Assembly (NCBI RefSeq): GCF_039654945.1
Contig: NW_027361934.1
Coordinates: 434,001 to 498,000, forward strand
DNA: 64,000 bases
Source of the DNA: Dendrobates tinctorius
Taxonomy: Eukaryota
Direction: 5' to 3'
How positions within the stretch are numbered: position 1 is the first letter of the stretch; each line of letters begins with the position of its first letter. A program made the position numbers and the translations under genes. Shown piece by piece: positions 39,632 through 51,412 of the stretch. The notes beneath the pieces were generated by a model. That model was not told the origin of the DNA. It saw only the letters and a program-made list of their open reading frames with translations, and made no database searches.

Positions 39632-42514
39632 GGTTAATCACTGGCCGCCGGGCGGGAGGGACCGGAAGAGGCGGCTCCGGAGAGGTCTGTCACCGACGGC
39701 AGAGCCGGGTCTGCCCTTATATGAGCACCGGGCGGAGCCGTCTGCAAGGAGAACTGGCGATCAGAATGGCGACATCGCACCTGCTGATTGTCTGAGAGGA
39801 CGTCAGTGGGGAAGAGGGGATGAGAGGACGTCGGTGGGGAAGAGGGGACATTGGTGGGGAAGAGGGCACGAGAGGACGTCGGTGGGGAAGAGGGGACGAG
39901 GGGACGTCGGTGGGGAAGAGGGGACACTGGTGGGGAAGAGGGGACGAGAGGACGTCGGTGGGGAAGAGGGGACGTCGGTGGGGAAGAGGGGACACTGGTG
40001 GGGAAGAGGGGACGTCGGTGGGGAAGGAATGAGAGGACGCCTGTGGGGAAGAGGGGACATTGGTTGGGAAGGAATGAGAGGATGGCAGAGGGGAAGAGGG
40101 GACGTTGGTGGGGAAGAGGGGACGAGAGGACGTTGGTGGGGAAGAGGGGACGAGAGGACGTTGGTGGGGAAGAGGGGACGAGAGGACGTCGGTGGGGAAG
40201 AGGGGACATTGGTGGGGAAGGAATGAGAGGACGTCGGTGGGGAAGGAATGAGAGGACGTCGGTGGGGATGAGAGGACGTTGGTGGGAGGAGGGGACGAGA
40301 GGATGTCGGTGGGGACGAGAGGACGTCGGTGGGGAAGAGGGGACGAGAGGACGTCGGTGGGGACGAGGGGACGTCGGAGGGGACAAGAGGACATCTGTGG
40401 GGAAGAGGGGACGTCGGTGGGGAAGAGGGGACATTGGTGGGGAAGGAATGATAGGACGTCGGTGGGGAAGAGGGTACGAGAGGACTTCGGTGGGGACGAA
40501 AGGACGTCTGTAGGGAAGAGGGGACGTCCGTGGGGAAGGAATGAGAGGACGTCGGAGGGGACGAGAGGACGTCTGTGGGGAAGAGGGGACATTGGTGGGG
40601 AAGGAATGAGAGGACGTCGGAGGGGACGAGAGGACGTTTGTGGGGAAGAGGGGACGTCGGTGGGGAAGGAATGAGGGGATGAGAGGACGTCGGTGGGGAA
40701 GAGGGGACGAGAGGACATCGGTGGGGAAGAGGGGACAAGGGGACGTCGGTGGGGAAGAGGGGACATTGGTGGGGAAGGAATGAGGGGACGTCTGTGGGGA
40801 AGAGGGGACGTCGGTGGGGAAGGAATGAGGGGACGTCGGTGGGGAAGAGGGGACGAGCTAACGTCAGCAGGGAAGGGACAAGAGGACGTCGGTGGGGAAG
40901 AGGGGACAAGAGAACGCACATGTGATGGACTCAGCTTCTGCTGAGCCGATTTTTTGAGTTGACCCTCTGGGCCGTGACACCCACCCACCTAGCGCGAGCT
41001 GACCTAGTGAGGAACCACCCCCTATACAGGGAGCATCAGGGGCAAGACCAAGGGGGTGAGCCACCACGACTGCTGGGACCAGACGGCCGGCTCGGGGAGA
41101 TGCTAGTGAGTGCCTGGCAGCAGGACAAGCAGGATGCAAAACATAAAGCGAGGTCACTGGGTTTCTTCAACAAATGTGGTTTCAAGCTTTAATCAGGTGC
41201 AAGGCATAAACAGTGAAACACAGCAAAGTGCGTGCAAGGGCACGCCAAATGTTCAAGGCATAACACGTGCTAGAAATCATACCAGGGTCCAAGGCAGGGT
41301 ACGTGCTAGGAGACACAACAGGGTTTCAAGGAAGGATGCGTGGGTGCAAGGAAGCACAGAGGGCACGGCTGGGGCACTGGCTAGCTGGTCGGGCTGCGGC
41401 ACAGACAGACGGGCAAGACTGAGGCGAACCCGGCTGAGGCACAACAGGCGGGCACGGCTGAGGCACAAACAGGAGGCTAGGAAGGCCAGGCGCATGCAAA
41501 GGGCGCGCAAGAAACAAGGGGAGGCAAGGCAAGAAACCAAGCAAGGCAAGGTACAGAGCAAGGAGTGGTACGTAGGCAGAAGCACAGTGTCAGGTCATAG
41601 CGAGTATAGAGCTAGCAGCGGAGCGTAGGCCGAAGCCCAGAGCAGGGTCAAGGCAGAGCCTTGAGACTAGCCTGGAAATGTGCAAGAGAGCACCATAGGT
41701 CAGAGAGCAGAGATGGTGTGTGTGCCAGGAGGCACAACAGAGCACCAGGCAGAGAACAGGGCTAGCAGCGGAGCGTAGGCCGAAGCCCAGAGCAGGGTCA
41801 AGGCAGAGCCTTGAGACTAGCCTGGAAATGTGCAAGAGAGCACCATAGGTCAGAGAGCAGAGGAATGGTGCATGTGCCAGCAGGCACAGCAGAGCACCAT
41901 AGGTAAGAGAGGAGGAATGGTGCATGTGCCAGGAGGCACAACAGAGCACCCTAGGTCAGAACAAGGAAGACCAAGCAGAAACAGGGAAGCGGAAGCAGTA
42001 CAAGGAAAGCATAGCATAGTCAAAACATGGCAAAGCAGGCAAAGGCAGAGAACACAGGAAGGACTACAAGTCCAAGCATGACAGAGACAAGACATGGCAC
42101 AGGACATGAGGCAGAGTACAAGCACAGAGCGTGTGCAGAGACGCACGACAGGGCAAATTGCAGGGGCACAGAATACGGGGAGCGACCAAGCAGGGAAGCA
42201 ACACAATACTCAGGCCCCGACCATAGGAAGGGGCGGTCTGATATAGCACCATAGCACCTGCACTTCCGGGTCAGAACCAGGGAAGGACTTCCGGTTCAGG
42301 TCCTCCAGGATCATAGAGAGCATTGCTAGATCAGACTGGGCTGGACCATAGAGAAGGTCACATGATCAGGGGCTCCAGAAACACTGAGAGGTTAGCTGGG
42401 TCAGACAGTGCTTAAAAGTATCTTTTAAGGATTGATTTTTTTGTATATGAGCCGTTGAATAATTAATCCAGAATTATATTTATTAAGAATTTTTGCTGGG
42501 TCAGACAGTGCTGG

Positions 42515-43193
42515 TGTCAGGGTCCTGACAGCGGCGGCGTACAGCCTCCGCTAAGCAGGGACTCACCCGCACCGTAGGGACCCCTGGGAACAAGAACAGC
42601 CGGAAAATAAAGATGCACAGGACCTGAATGTAGAAGTTTAGCAAGCCGGCACAGGATCTACGGTCATGTGAACGGTCATGTGACTGCAAGGGGGCGGGGC
42701 TTAGCGTCCTGCTTTCAAAGAAGGTAGAAAACTCAAAGTCGGGCAAAGCGGGGGTCATGCACAGTACAGGCAAGCGAGGTACAGGAGGGATAAACAGACG
42801 GGGGTCAGACAAAGCCAAAGGTCATACACAAGATATCAGTAAAGTACCAGGGAGGAGACAGAATGGATAATCAGGGCCAAGCAGAGATCAAAACCAAACA
42901 GACGTAGAAGGTACCAAGCAGAATCCAAAGCGATATCCAGAGAACAGACCGAGTCATACACAGAGAATCATGCAACCAGAACACAGCACAAACACACTCA
43001 GGGGTCACCACACAATGCCAAGGGCCAAAGTATAACTGACGGGGGATGGGAGCGTCCTGAGGCTATAAGAAGCCTCCCCCAGAACCAATGAGAGGCCACC
43101 ATGATAGGTCCCAGGTGTGCAGGTGAGAGTCTGCACTGAGGTCAGAACATTAACCCCCAGCAGTCCCGGTCACCCAGCACTGGTATCATGACA
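42515..43193 (-). mobile_element. Solo LTR (679 bp)
   Basis: TGTCA...TGACA termini with a perfect 5-bp TSD GCTGG at 42510-42514 and 43194-43198. Confidence 0.75.
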
Positions 43194-43289
43194 GCTGGAA
43201 CATACGAAAGGTCACATGATCAGGGGCAGGACCACAGAGACAACCACAGCAGGCAGAGCAGAGACGGGCACAGCAACGGCGTGCGGCCA

Positions 43290-43680
43290 TGAGGTACGCG
43301 TGCGCATACACACTGCTCCAGGAGTCACGCAGCACAGCAGTCATGAGGTGTGCAGGCACACTGCTCCAGGGATCTTGCAGCATAGCAGGCATGAGGTGCG
43401 CGTGCACACTGCTCCGGGAATCTTGCAGCATAGCAGACATGAGGTGCGCGTGCACACTGCTCCGGGGATCTTGCAGCATAGCACACATGAGGTGTGCAGG
43501 CACACTGCTCCAGGGATCTTGCAGCATAGCAGGCATGAGGTGCGCGTGCACACTGCTCCGGGAATCTTGCAGCATAGCAGTCATGAGGTGCGCGTGCACA
43601 CTGCTCCGGGAATCTTGCAGCATAGCAGACATGAGGTGCGCGTGCACACTGCTCCAGGGATCTTGCAGCATAGCAGACAT
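43290..43680. repeat. 48-bp tandem repeat (~8 copies)
   Basis: Unit CATGAGGTGCGCGTGCACACTGCTCCGGGAATCTTGCAGCATAGCAGA. Confidence 0.9.
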
Positions 43681-45023
43681 AGCGGGCATGACAGTACATG
43701 GGGAAGGGACAAGAGGACATTAGTGGGAATGAGAGAAAGATGTGGGGGCGATTGAGGAGACGTTGGTAGGGGCAAGGGGGCATCGGTGGCCATGAGCGGC
43801 TTTTGGGGATTAGGGGACGTCGATGGGGATGAGAAGACATTGGAGGCAGCGCCAGTGGGGACTTGAGGACGTCGGTGGGGAAGAGAGGGCAAGGGCACTT
43901 TGGTGGGGACAAGCAGACATCCATGGGGATGTGGGGGCATTGGTGGGGACAAATGAGGAGACGTTGGTAGGGGGGAGGGAACGTCGGCAATGAACAGATG
44001 TTGGGGACCAGGGAACATCAGTGGAGACAAGCAGATGTTGGAGGGGACGTCAGTAGGGAAGAGGGGATGAATGGACAATGGTGGGGACGAGAGGACATTG
44101 GTGGGGATGAATGAGATGTTGGTAGGGGCGAGGGTACATCAGCGATGAGCGGACATTCGTAGGGACAAACAAGGGGACATCGGCGGGGATCAGAGGAAGT
44201 CTTTGGGGGTGAATGAGATGTTGGGAGGGGCAAGGGTGCATCTGTGGCGATGAGCAGAAGTTGGGGATTAGGGGACGTCAATGGAAATGAGAAGACGTCT
44301 AAGGGGGTGCCGGTGGGGACACGGGGATGTTGGTGGGGACGTCAGTAGAGACGAGTGGACGTTGGTAGGAACGAGCGGATGTCGATCGGGGCGAGCAAGG
44401 GGATGTTGGTAGGGGCATGGGCATGTCAGTGGTGATGAGCAGATGTTGGGGACATCGGTAGGGATGAGGCGTAGGTAGGTACGAGCGGAGATCCGTGGAG
44501 ATGTGGGGGCGAATGATGGGACATTGGTAGGGACAAGAGCACGTCGGTGATGAGTGGATGTGCGGACCTTGGTAGGGACAAGCGGACGTCGGTGGCGGTG
44601 AGCAACCAAATTTTTTGTGATTCGCCTCCTGCAATTCCAGCTGGACACATTTGCCCGTGCAGTCTGCTGTATGAGACTAGACTCAGTCTGTATTTGTACA
44701 GGATGGAGACGCTGCCGATTTTCCTTCTGAAAGATACAGATTGGCATTTTTGGTGAGAAGCTCCGCCACATAAACTGATCAGCGCCAATGTCCTTTTATG
44801 CTGCAGAGATCCATGATAGACTCCATTCTGCAATGCTGAGGGTGCAGCCTGCCGTCCGCGAGATTGGATAACGCAGCCTAGGAGTAATGTCTTCATGTTA
44901 CTGAAAAATAAATAGTCACCGCAATAGTTTATTTCTTGTATTTTGTTTATTTTGTGAAATACAGAATAAAACCGCGAGCGGTGAATGAAGGGATGAAGAG
45001 CGGAGGAGAACCCAGGATGTCTT

Positions 45024-48000
45024 CTATACATACAGGTGCTGAGGAGCCGGCCAGAGAAGAGCTGTAAGGAAAGGAGGAGAGCAAGGAACGAGTTCATAGC
45101 TTCTGGGTTTTGTATTTCTAGAATACATTTCTTACAACATCACAAAGCAGGATTGCCGTTCCCTGTAAGAGTCCAGACTAGAAAAATCCCAATCCATCGC
45201 CCTTGATGCTGTAATCTGGACATGACATTAGACAGCCGTAGGCTGAGTGCCCGTGCGACCTCCAGCAATCTCTCCAGACTCTTCCATAGGGCGCAGTCAG
45301 AGGTCCGGATAAATCGGACCACAATGCGGAGACTGGCCGGCGGCTCTGCCGACCCCGGTGTGACACCTTCATATATTTCTATACAACTGTCACGCTCAGG
45401 TTGGGAGAACCGTGACCAGTCCGTACATTGCGGTCCGATCTCCACGGCCGTCTGAGGATTATAATAAAAGGTCAAGTTCAGTTTCATGTTCTTACAAGCA
45501 GGTTGCAATTTTAACCATTACTGAACCAAAGACAACTCCTTTATATCATACCTATGCTCATTGGTCCTGACACATGTTCTTCGGGGGGGGTAGACCTTTG
45601 GGTCACACTTTGGTATCATGTAACAGCCCTGTGTGACTCATTTTTATTATGTTCTGTGTATATTTTACCCATAAAGATATATATCTTTGTTTTTTAATAA
45701 AACCTGTTGCTTGGTGGTCTACCATTTTGTACGCGTAGGATCTGTGTTCTCGGCAGGGAGATTTGTCCCCTTTGTCATCTCTGGACCGCAGTCCTAGAAG
45801 CCCCTTGTCCTGATGATTGTTGGAGGTGCACACATACTGATTTACCAATTACTACCTATTCAGGACATAATGGGCCATCAAATTTATGAAGACAGCAACA
45901 CCCCTTTAAGTGGTGTTCTGGCTCTGATCAGTTTCACATTAAAAAAATAAGGGGTTCGTGACGTCACATCTGACACCTGCCAGGTTACATAAGCGATCAG
46001 CATGCGTCCTATCCTATTGGCAGGAGAGGTAACACCATGACGCGCTCTGTACGGGTTTACCTGAAGCAATAGAACTGTTGATCGGCTTGTTATACATTTT
46101 GAGGAACTTTTCTGGTGTGAGGAACTTCTCGGAGCGAATAAGGAAGTCGATGTTCTCTTCTCTGACCAACAGTTCTGGCGCCAAGTCATGCAGATTTCCT
46201 CCCGGACCTTTGCTGCCAGGCTGCACATATATAGGCATTCAGTTATAATAAAAGCTTTACCATAGGTCTACAAGTCTAGAACGTCAGCATCCAACATATT
46301 ACGTCCTATAATCGCTGTCCTATACGCCTTCACCTATGTTGTTCATTTCCTAAGTGCAAAGTTAAAAACTCTAAATAGCCTTCATGAAAGATTTTCTACA
46401 GTTTTGCTGCTGCAGATTGTGAAGTCCTTTACCTAGCTGATCGCATTTGCAAAACTGATACGAATGGATCACAGCTCCTGCTCCTGACTGTCTGCTCTCG
46501 CCCTTCCTTCACCCAGTGTTAGAGGTTGCAGTAGGAAGATAGGTGTATATAGATGTGCAGTGGACATGGGAGAAAGTATCTAAAGTTTTATGGAGAGCAG
46601 AAAAAAATGCTACAGATAAGGTGGAAAGTAAATAAGTGCAGGATAGAAGCTGTGCTGAAATATGACCAGTTTGGATAGACCTGACTAGTCCGACGTGGCC
46701 CCCGGGCAACTTTCTCAGCCCCATGCCAACTGATTGACAGGTCTCTTCTGACAAGGCCAATCACCTGGTGCTGGGTGGGGATGAGCTAGCCGGGGGGTCC
46801 ATATCGGATTAGTCAGATCTTATCATGTATGGTCCACATTTTTTCAAACTGATTTCTCTGAAACACCGACAAAATGACAGTAAAATGAAAAAAGCTACCA
46901 TAAGTTTCTGCGAGTGGATAAAATCCACTGTTTTTTCGCTACGTGTGAACTTACACTTAGTATCTGAGACAAGAACACTCCTAACTTCAACATCAGAGTG
47001 AGACATTCTTCCACCACGGCCTCCTCCGACTCTTCAGACCCGAAGTCACCCAAGTACTGTGTGGGCGGCTTCACGATGCGGAAACACCACTGCGGGAGCA
47101 GCCGGCGCCGGATGTTGTGGGAGATCACAAGGATTTTGATGTCCTGCAGAAGAGACCTAGAGAATATGGATGAGTTATGTGCGGACGCGGTAAATTGTGA
47201 GGATCGGACCTGTACATAGGTTTACATAACTATTCCAGCCGTTGTAGAAAACACCTATTTCGGTATTGGTTCTAACAAAAAAGAATAAACTCGTACTTTG
47301 CACCCTGGATCTGGATGAGGTCTTGATTTATCCCAGAGAGGATTTCGGAAGAAGCCTATGGAAGCAGTGAATAGGGAGACATTAACAACATACAGGACAT
47401 TTACTGAGGGCTTCATAGGAGATCGCCATTTCTACTATATATTGCAATACTGTAGAATTAAAGGGGTTATTTCTCATCTTCATAGATAGGTATTGTCGGA
47501 TAGAGCTGGTAAAAACAAGCATTTTTCCAATTCATTGCTTATTAAAAATTGCAGCCGTTCTTGAGATATTAACACTTTTCTTTTGTTTACATCTCGTTGC
47601 CAAGGAGACCGACCACTTGGTCTCCAAGGCAACAAGATGAAAAGAAAAATATATCTCATGAACGGCTGAAAATTTTAACAAGTAGTAACTTGCAAAATTG
47701 GTTGTTTTTACAAGCTCTATCTAATAATATACATTTTTGAAGTTGAAAATAATCCCTTTAAGACCGAAAAAAGTAGAAATGTTTTATAAAATGTAAAAAA
47801 AAAAAAATATAGAGGTTTGAGTCAATCCTGCTTTTCTCAGATCAAAAATAATGATAAAAGTAATCGTGTTTGGTATCGTCCGTATGTACCATAAAATGGT
47901 GCAAAGAAAAACGTCAGCTCGTCACGTAAAAAAAAACAAAAAAACACAAGCTCTTACACAGCACCATTGCCTGAAAAATAAAAGTTACGGGTTTCAGAAA

Positions 48001-49591
48001 ATGGCGACAGGAACCAAATATCGAAAAGTTAAAAATCAAGTTGCGGCTCTTGGAAGAAAGGGAGGAAAAAACAAAAGCGCGAAAAAGAAAAATCACGTCA
48101 CAAAGGGGTTAAAAGGCATAGAGGCAGGTGCAAAATTGGACATTTTCTGGCTTAATAAATCTGTCTAAAAAGTATTTGGTCATACCCCTCTTGGACTTGA
48201 CACCTACTTTTTCCACCTTTGGCAGGCATGCTATAAAGGATTTAGTTTATACCAAAAACTGTCAAAAAAGTTCAACGTGTAGTGGTCAGGAATGGTACTG
48301 CAATGTCCCCCCATTCACTTTGGGAGGACCCCACCCTCCGGAGATCAATGACTTATTAAAAAATATCTGAAAGCCCTGGAACGTCCCTTTAATTACCAGT
48401 CTACATTCCCGTTTCATAGCACCAACCTCAATCATATGAATGATGCAGCTGGGGTAGAGCAGCAGTAATCCGGAGATGGATTCTCCCAGGTTGGATTTTA
48501 TCAGTCGGTGAAATAATCTTTCGTAATGATCTGTGTGCAGAGAAAAAATCATCATCATCAATCCATATGTTAAATTTTTTTATATGAGAAATCTTGAGAT
48601 ATTAAGACATGGAGTTTAAAAGTAAGTACACCAGCCTCATTAGGTCTAAGATCTATTTAATAACGTGTGAAGTTGGTATTGTGACATCCAGTGATAGATA
48701 TCCTTTAAAAAAAATGCTCTGGAAAACCCCTTTAAATATGGACCCCCCTACATATTTTGAATTCATTTTAATGGGTTGTACCGTTTGGCTTTTACAGACT
48801 TTTTGTTTCCTAGGCTGCAGAATGAGTTGACTGAGAATATATCAGTGAGCTCTTTTGAGGGTTCTTACAAGAGTGATTGGAACCCTCATCTCTTTTTTTC
48901 TGCACAACTCTGAGAGTTCTTTAAAGTTCAATTTGCAGGGAAAGAAAGAGCCTGTAAAAGCAAAACGGTACAAAAATATCAGTGAAACCCAAATGGAAAA
49001 AAAAATTGCAGCCCAAAATACACACAATTATGTAAGGAAAAAATATTTTCAAAGTTTGTACTTTTTGCACCGCACAGTTACCTGGTAAATCCCTGCGATG
49101 CGCTTGCTCTGGAGTTATCCTCGCCACATAGATCATTCTATGAGTTACTGCCTTCTGCAGAAATTATAGCACAAAGAGATTGGATTAATAGAATGGACAC
49201 TATGACGACCCAGCGTGCACCTCTTATTTCCTTCCCCTAGGCCTTTTTAGGCGGCTCAGGCAGAGGCGTGCTGCATGAGTATTCAAGTGGCTCAGTGTCC
49301 ACGATGGCCACTAAATACCTGAACTCTGTGTACCCAGTACTGGGTCTGGAACGTTTCTCCTAAAGTGTGTCTACTGACACTCTCATCCCAGCTATACTGT
49401 ACACTCGACTGCTGTTCCAAGGTGCCTGTGCTCTTACATAAATAATTTACAAATTCTAATAAAGAAGCTGCGCTGTTCCACATCACTCCAGTGGTAGTCT
49501 GCATATCCAAATCTGCTGTTCCATGCTGGTCCAGGTGCTCACCCACATATTCAGCTCTGCTATTCCACGCTGCTCCAGTGCTGACCTGCAT
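45024..49591 (-). CDS. TEX47: TEX47/C7orf62/DYBLUF-like BLUF-fold protein; 7 coding exons, N-terminus uncertain (ATG 49591 or 50946)
   Basis: Exons (49591)-49319, 49154-49082 (KAVTHRMIYVARI), 48530-48427 (DHYERLF..GESISGLLLLYPSCIIHMIE), 47355-47297, 47156-46955 (IKILVISHNIRRRLLPQW), 46220-46061 (GSKGPGGNLHDLAPELL..FLKMYNKPI), 45061-45024 (LLWPAPQHLYV*). All GT-AG and in phase; AATAAA on the minus strand at ~44946-44951. Confidence 0.85.
47462..47757. mobile_element. T2/Kolobok-type MITE with TTAA TSD
   Basis: TTAA at 47458-47461 and 47758-47761; homologous to 300-740. Confidence 0.7.
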
Positions 49592-50900
49592 ATCCAGCTC
49601 TGCTATTCCACGCTGCTCCAGTGCTGACCGGCATATCCAGCTCTGCTATTCCACGCTGCTCCAGTGCTGACCTGCATATCCAGCTCTGCTATTCCACGCT
49701 GCTCCAGTGCTGACCTGCATATCCAGCTCTGCTATTCCACGCTGCTCCAGTGCTGACCGGCATATCCAGCTCTGCTATTCCACGCTGCTCCAGTGCTGAC
49801 CGGCATATCCAGCTCTGCTATTCCACGCTGCTCCAGTGCTGACCGGCATATCCAGCTCTGCTATTCCACGCTGCTCCAGTGCTGACCGGCATATCCAGCT
49901 CTGCTATTCCACGCTGCTCCAGTGCTGACCTGCATATCCAGCTCTGCTATTCCACGCTGCTCCAGTGCTGACCGGCATATCCAGCTCTGCTATTCCACGC
50001 TGCTCCAGTGCTGACCTGCATATCCAGCTCTGCTATTCCACGCTGCTCCAGTGCTGACCTGCATATCCAGCTCTGCTATTCCACGCTGCTCCAGTGCTGA
50101 CCGGCATATCCAGCTCTGCTATTCCACGCTGCTCCAGTGCTGACCGGCATATCCAGCTCTGCTATTCCACGCTGCTCCAGTGCTGACCTGCATATCCAGC
50201 TCTGCTATTCCACGCTGCTCCAGTGCTGACCGGCATATCCAGCTCTGCTATTCCACGCTGCTCCAGTGCTGACCGGCATATCCAGCTCTGCTATTCCACG
50301 CTGCTCCAGTGCTGACCGGCATATCCAGCTCTGCTATTCCACGCTGCTCCAGTGCTGACCGGCATATCCAGCTCTGCTATTCCACGCTGCTCCAGTGCTG
50401 ACCTGCATATCCAGCTCTGCTATTCCACGCTGCTCCAGTGCTGCCCGGCATATCCAGCTCTGCTATTCCACGCTGCTCCAGTGCTGACCTGCATATCCAG
50501 CTCTGCTATTCCACGCTGCTCCAGTGCTGCCCGGCATATCCAGCTCTGCTATTCCACGCTGCTCCAGTGCTGCCCGGCATATCCAGCTCTGCTATTCCAC
50601 GCTGCTCCAGTGCTGACCGGCATATCCAGCTCTGCTATTCCACGCTGCTCCAGTGCTGACCGGCATATCCAGCCATGCTATTCCACGCTGCTCCAGTGCT
50701 GACCGGCATATCCAGCTCTGCTATTCCACACTGCTCCAGTGCTGACCGGCATATCCAGCTCTGTTGTTCCACGCTGCTCCAGTGCTGACCGGCATATCCA
50801 GCCATGCTATTCCACGCTGCTCCAGTGCTGACCGGCATATCCAGCTCTGCTATTCCACGCTGCTCCAGTGCTGACCGGCATATCCAGCTCTGTTGTTCCA
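49551..50900. repeat. 43-bp VNTR, ~31 near-identical copies
   Basis: Unit GCTGCTCCAGTGCTGACCGGCATATCCAGCTCTGCTATTCCAC; 129-bp higher-order period at the right end. Confidence 0.95.
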
Positions 50901-51398
50901 ATGCCGTCTGGTTCATCCAAATCCGCTGTCCCTCGCTTTGGTCCATGACTCACCTGGTGAAGAGGATTAGTGAACCAACCTCGCCATGCGATCCCATAAC
51001 ATCATGATTACTACAATAAAAATGGCTGATTTCTTGCAAAACAAAGAACAAAACAGCGCCACACCTGTCCATGAGCTGAGCCTGGTATTACCGCTCAGCT
51101 CCACTGAAGTGAATGAGTCTGACTTGCAGTGCTAAACACAACCATGGACAAGTGTGGCGCTGGTTTTTTGTTTGTTTGTTTTTTTTAAATAAAGCAGCCA
51201 TGTTTTTACAACCAAAAGTGACTACAGAATATGAGGAAAGCGGGCGGATAACACGAACCATGTGCTGGGCTTCAAGGAGCGCGGTCAGGGCTGAGGTGCG
51301 GGGGAGACCCGGTGTGGACGAGGGTCTGACATGAGAGGCCATGACTGACGCGCTGTAGGCCGCAGATGCCACCAGAAGAACCTGTGAGCAGCTCCTGT

Positions 51399-51412
51399 GT
51401 TTCCATAGCAAC
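51399..51412. promoter_or_regulatory. RFX X-box upstream of the TEX47-like gene
   Basis: GTTTCCATAGCAAC matches the X-box consensus, in a CpG-rich patch; a CATGGCAAC half-site lies ~25 bp away. Confidence 0.6.

Larger units (their letters stand above)
40921..43693 (-). mobile_element. Solo-LTR-like element with internal tandem repeats and a nested solo LTR
   Basis: TGTGA...TGACA ends; near-perfect 5-bp TSD GCACA/GTACA; internal ~150-bp duplication (41610-41960). No coding domain recognised; orientation tentative. Confidence 0.55.
39795..44600. repeat. Purine-rich GGACGTCGGTGGGGAAGAGG minisatellite, interrupted by an LTR-like insertion; degenerate from 43700 to 44600
   Basis: Dozens of ~20-30 bp units at 39795-40912; diverged units continue after 43694. 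Confidence 0.85.

Noticed and set aside
39634-40988. Long Pro/Ser-rich and Gly/Arg-rich ORFs (220-423 aa) on both strands
   Set aside because: By-products of a stop-poor minisatellite; open in several frames, no domain.
43186-43990. ORFs with 16-aa periodicity
   Set aside because: A 48-bp repeat inside an LTR-like element, open in many frames.
45397-45452. Alternative last exon for the TEX47-like gene (DGRGDRTAMYGLVTVLPT*)
   Set aside because: Exon 45061-45024 supplies the family-typical WPAP ending; no support for this one.
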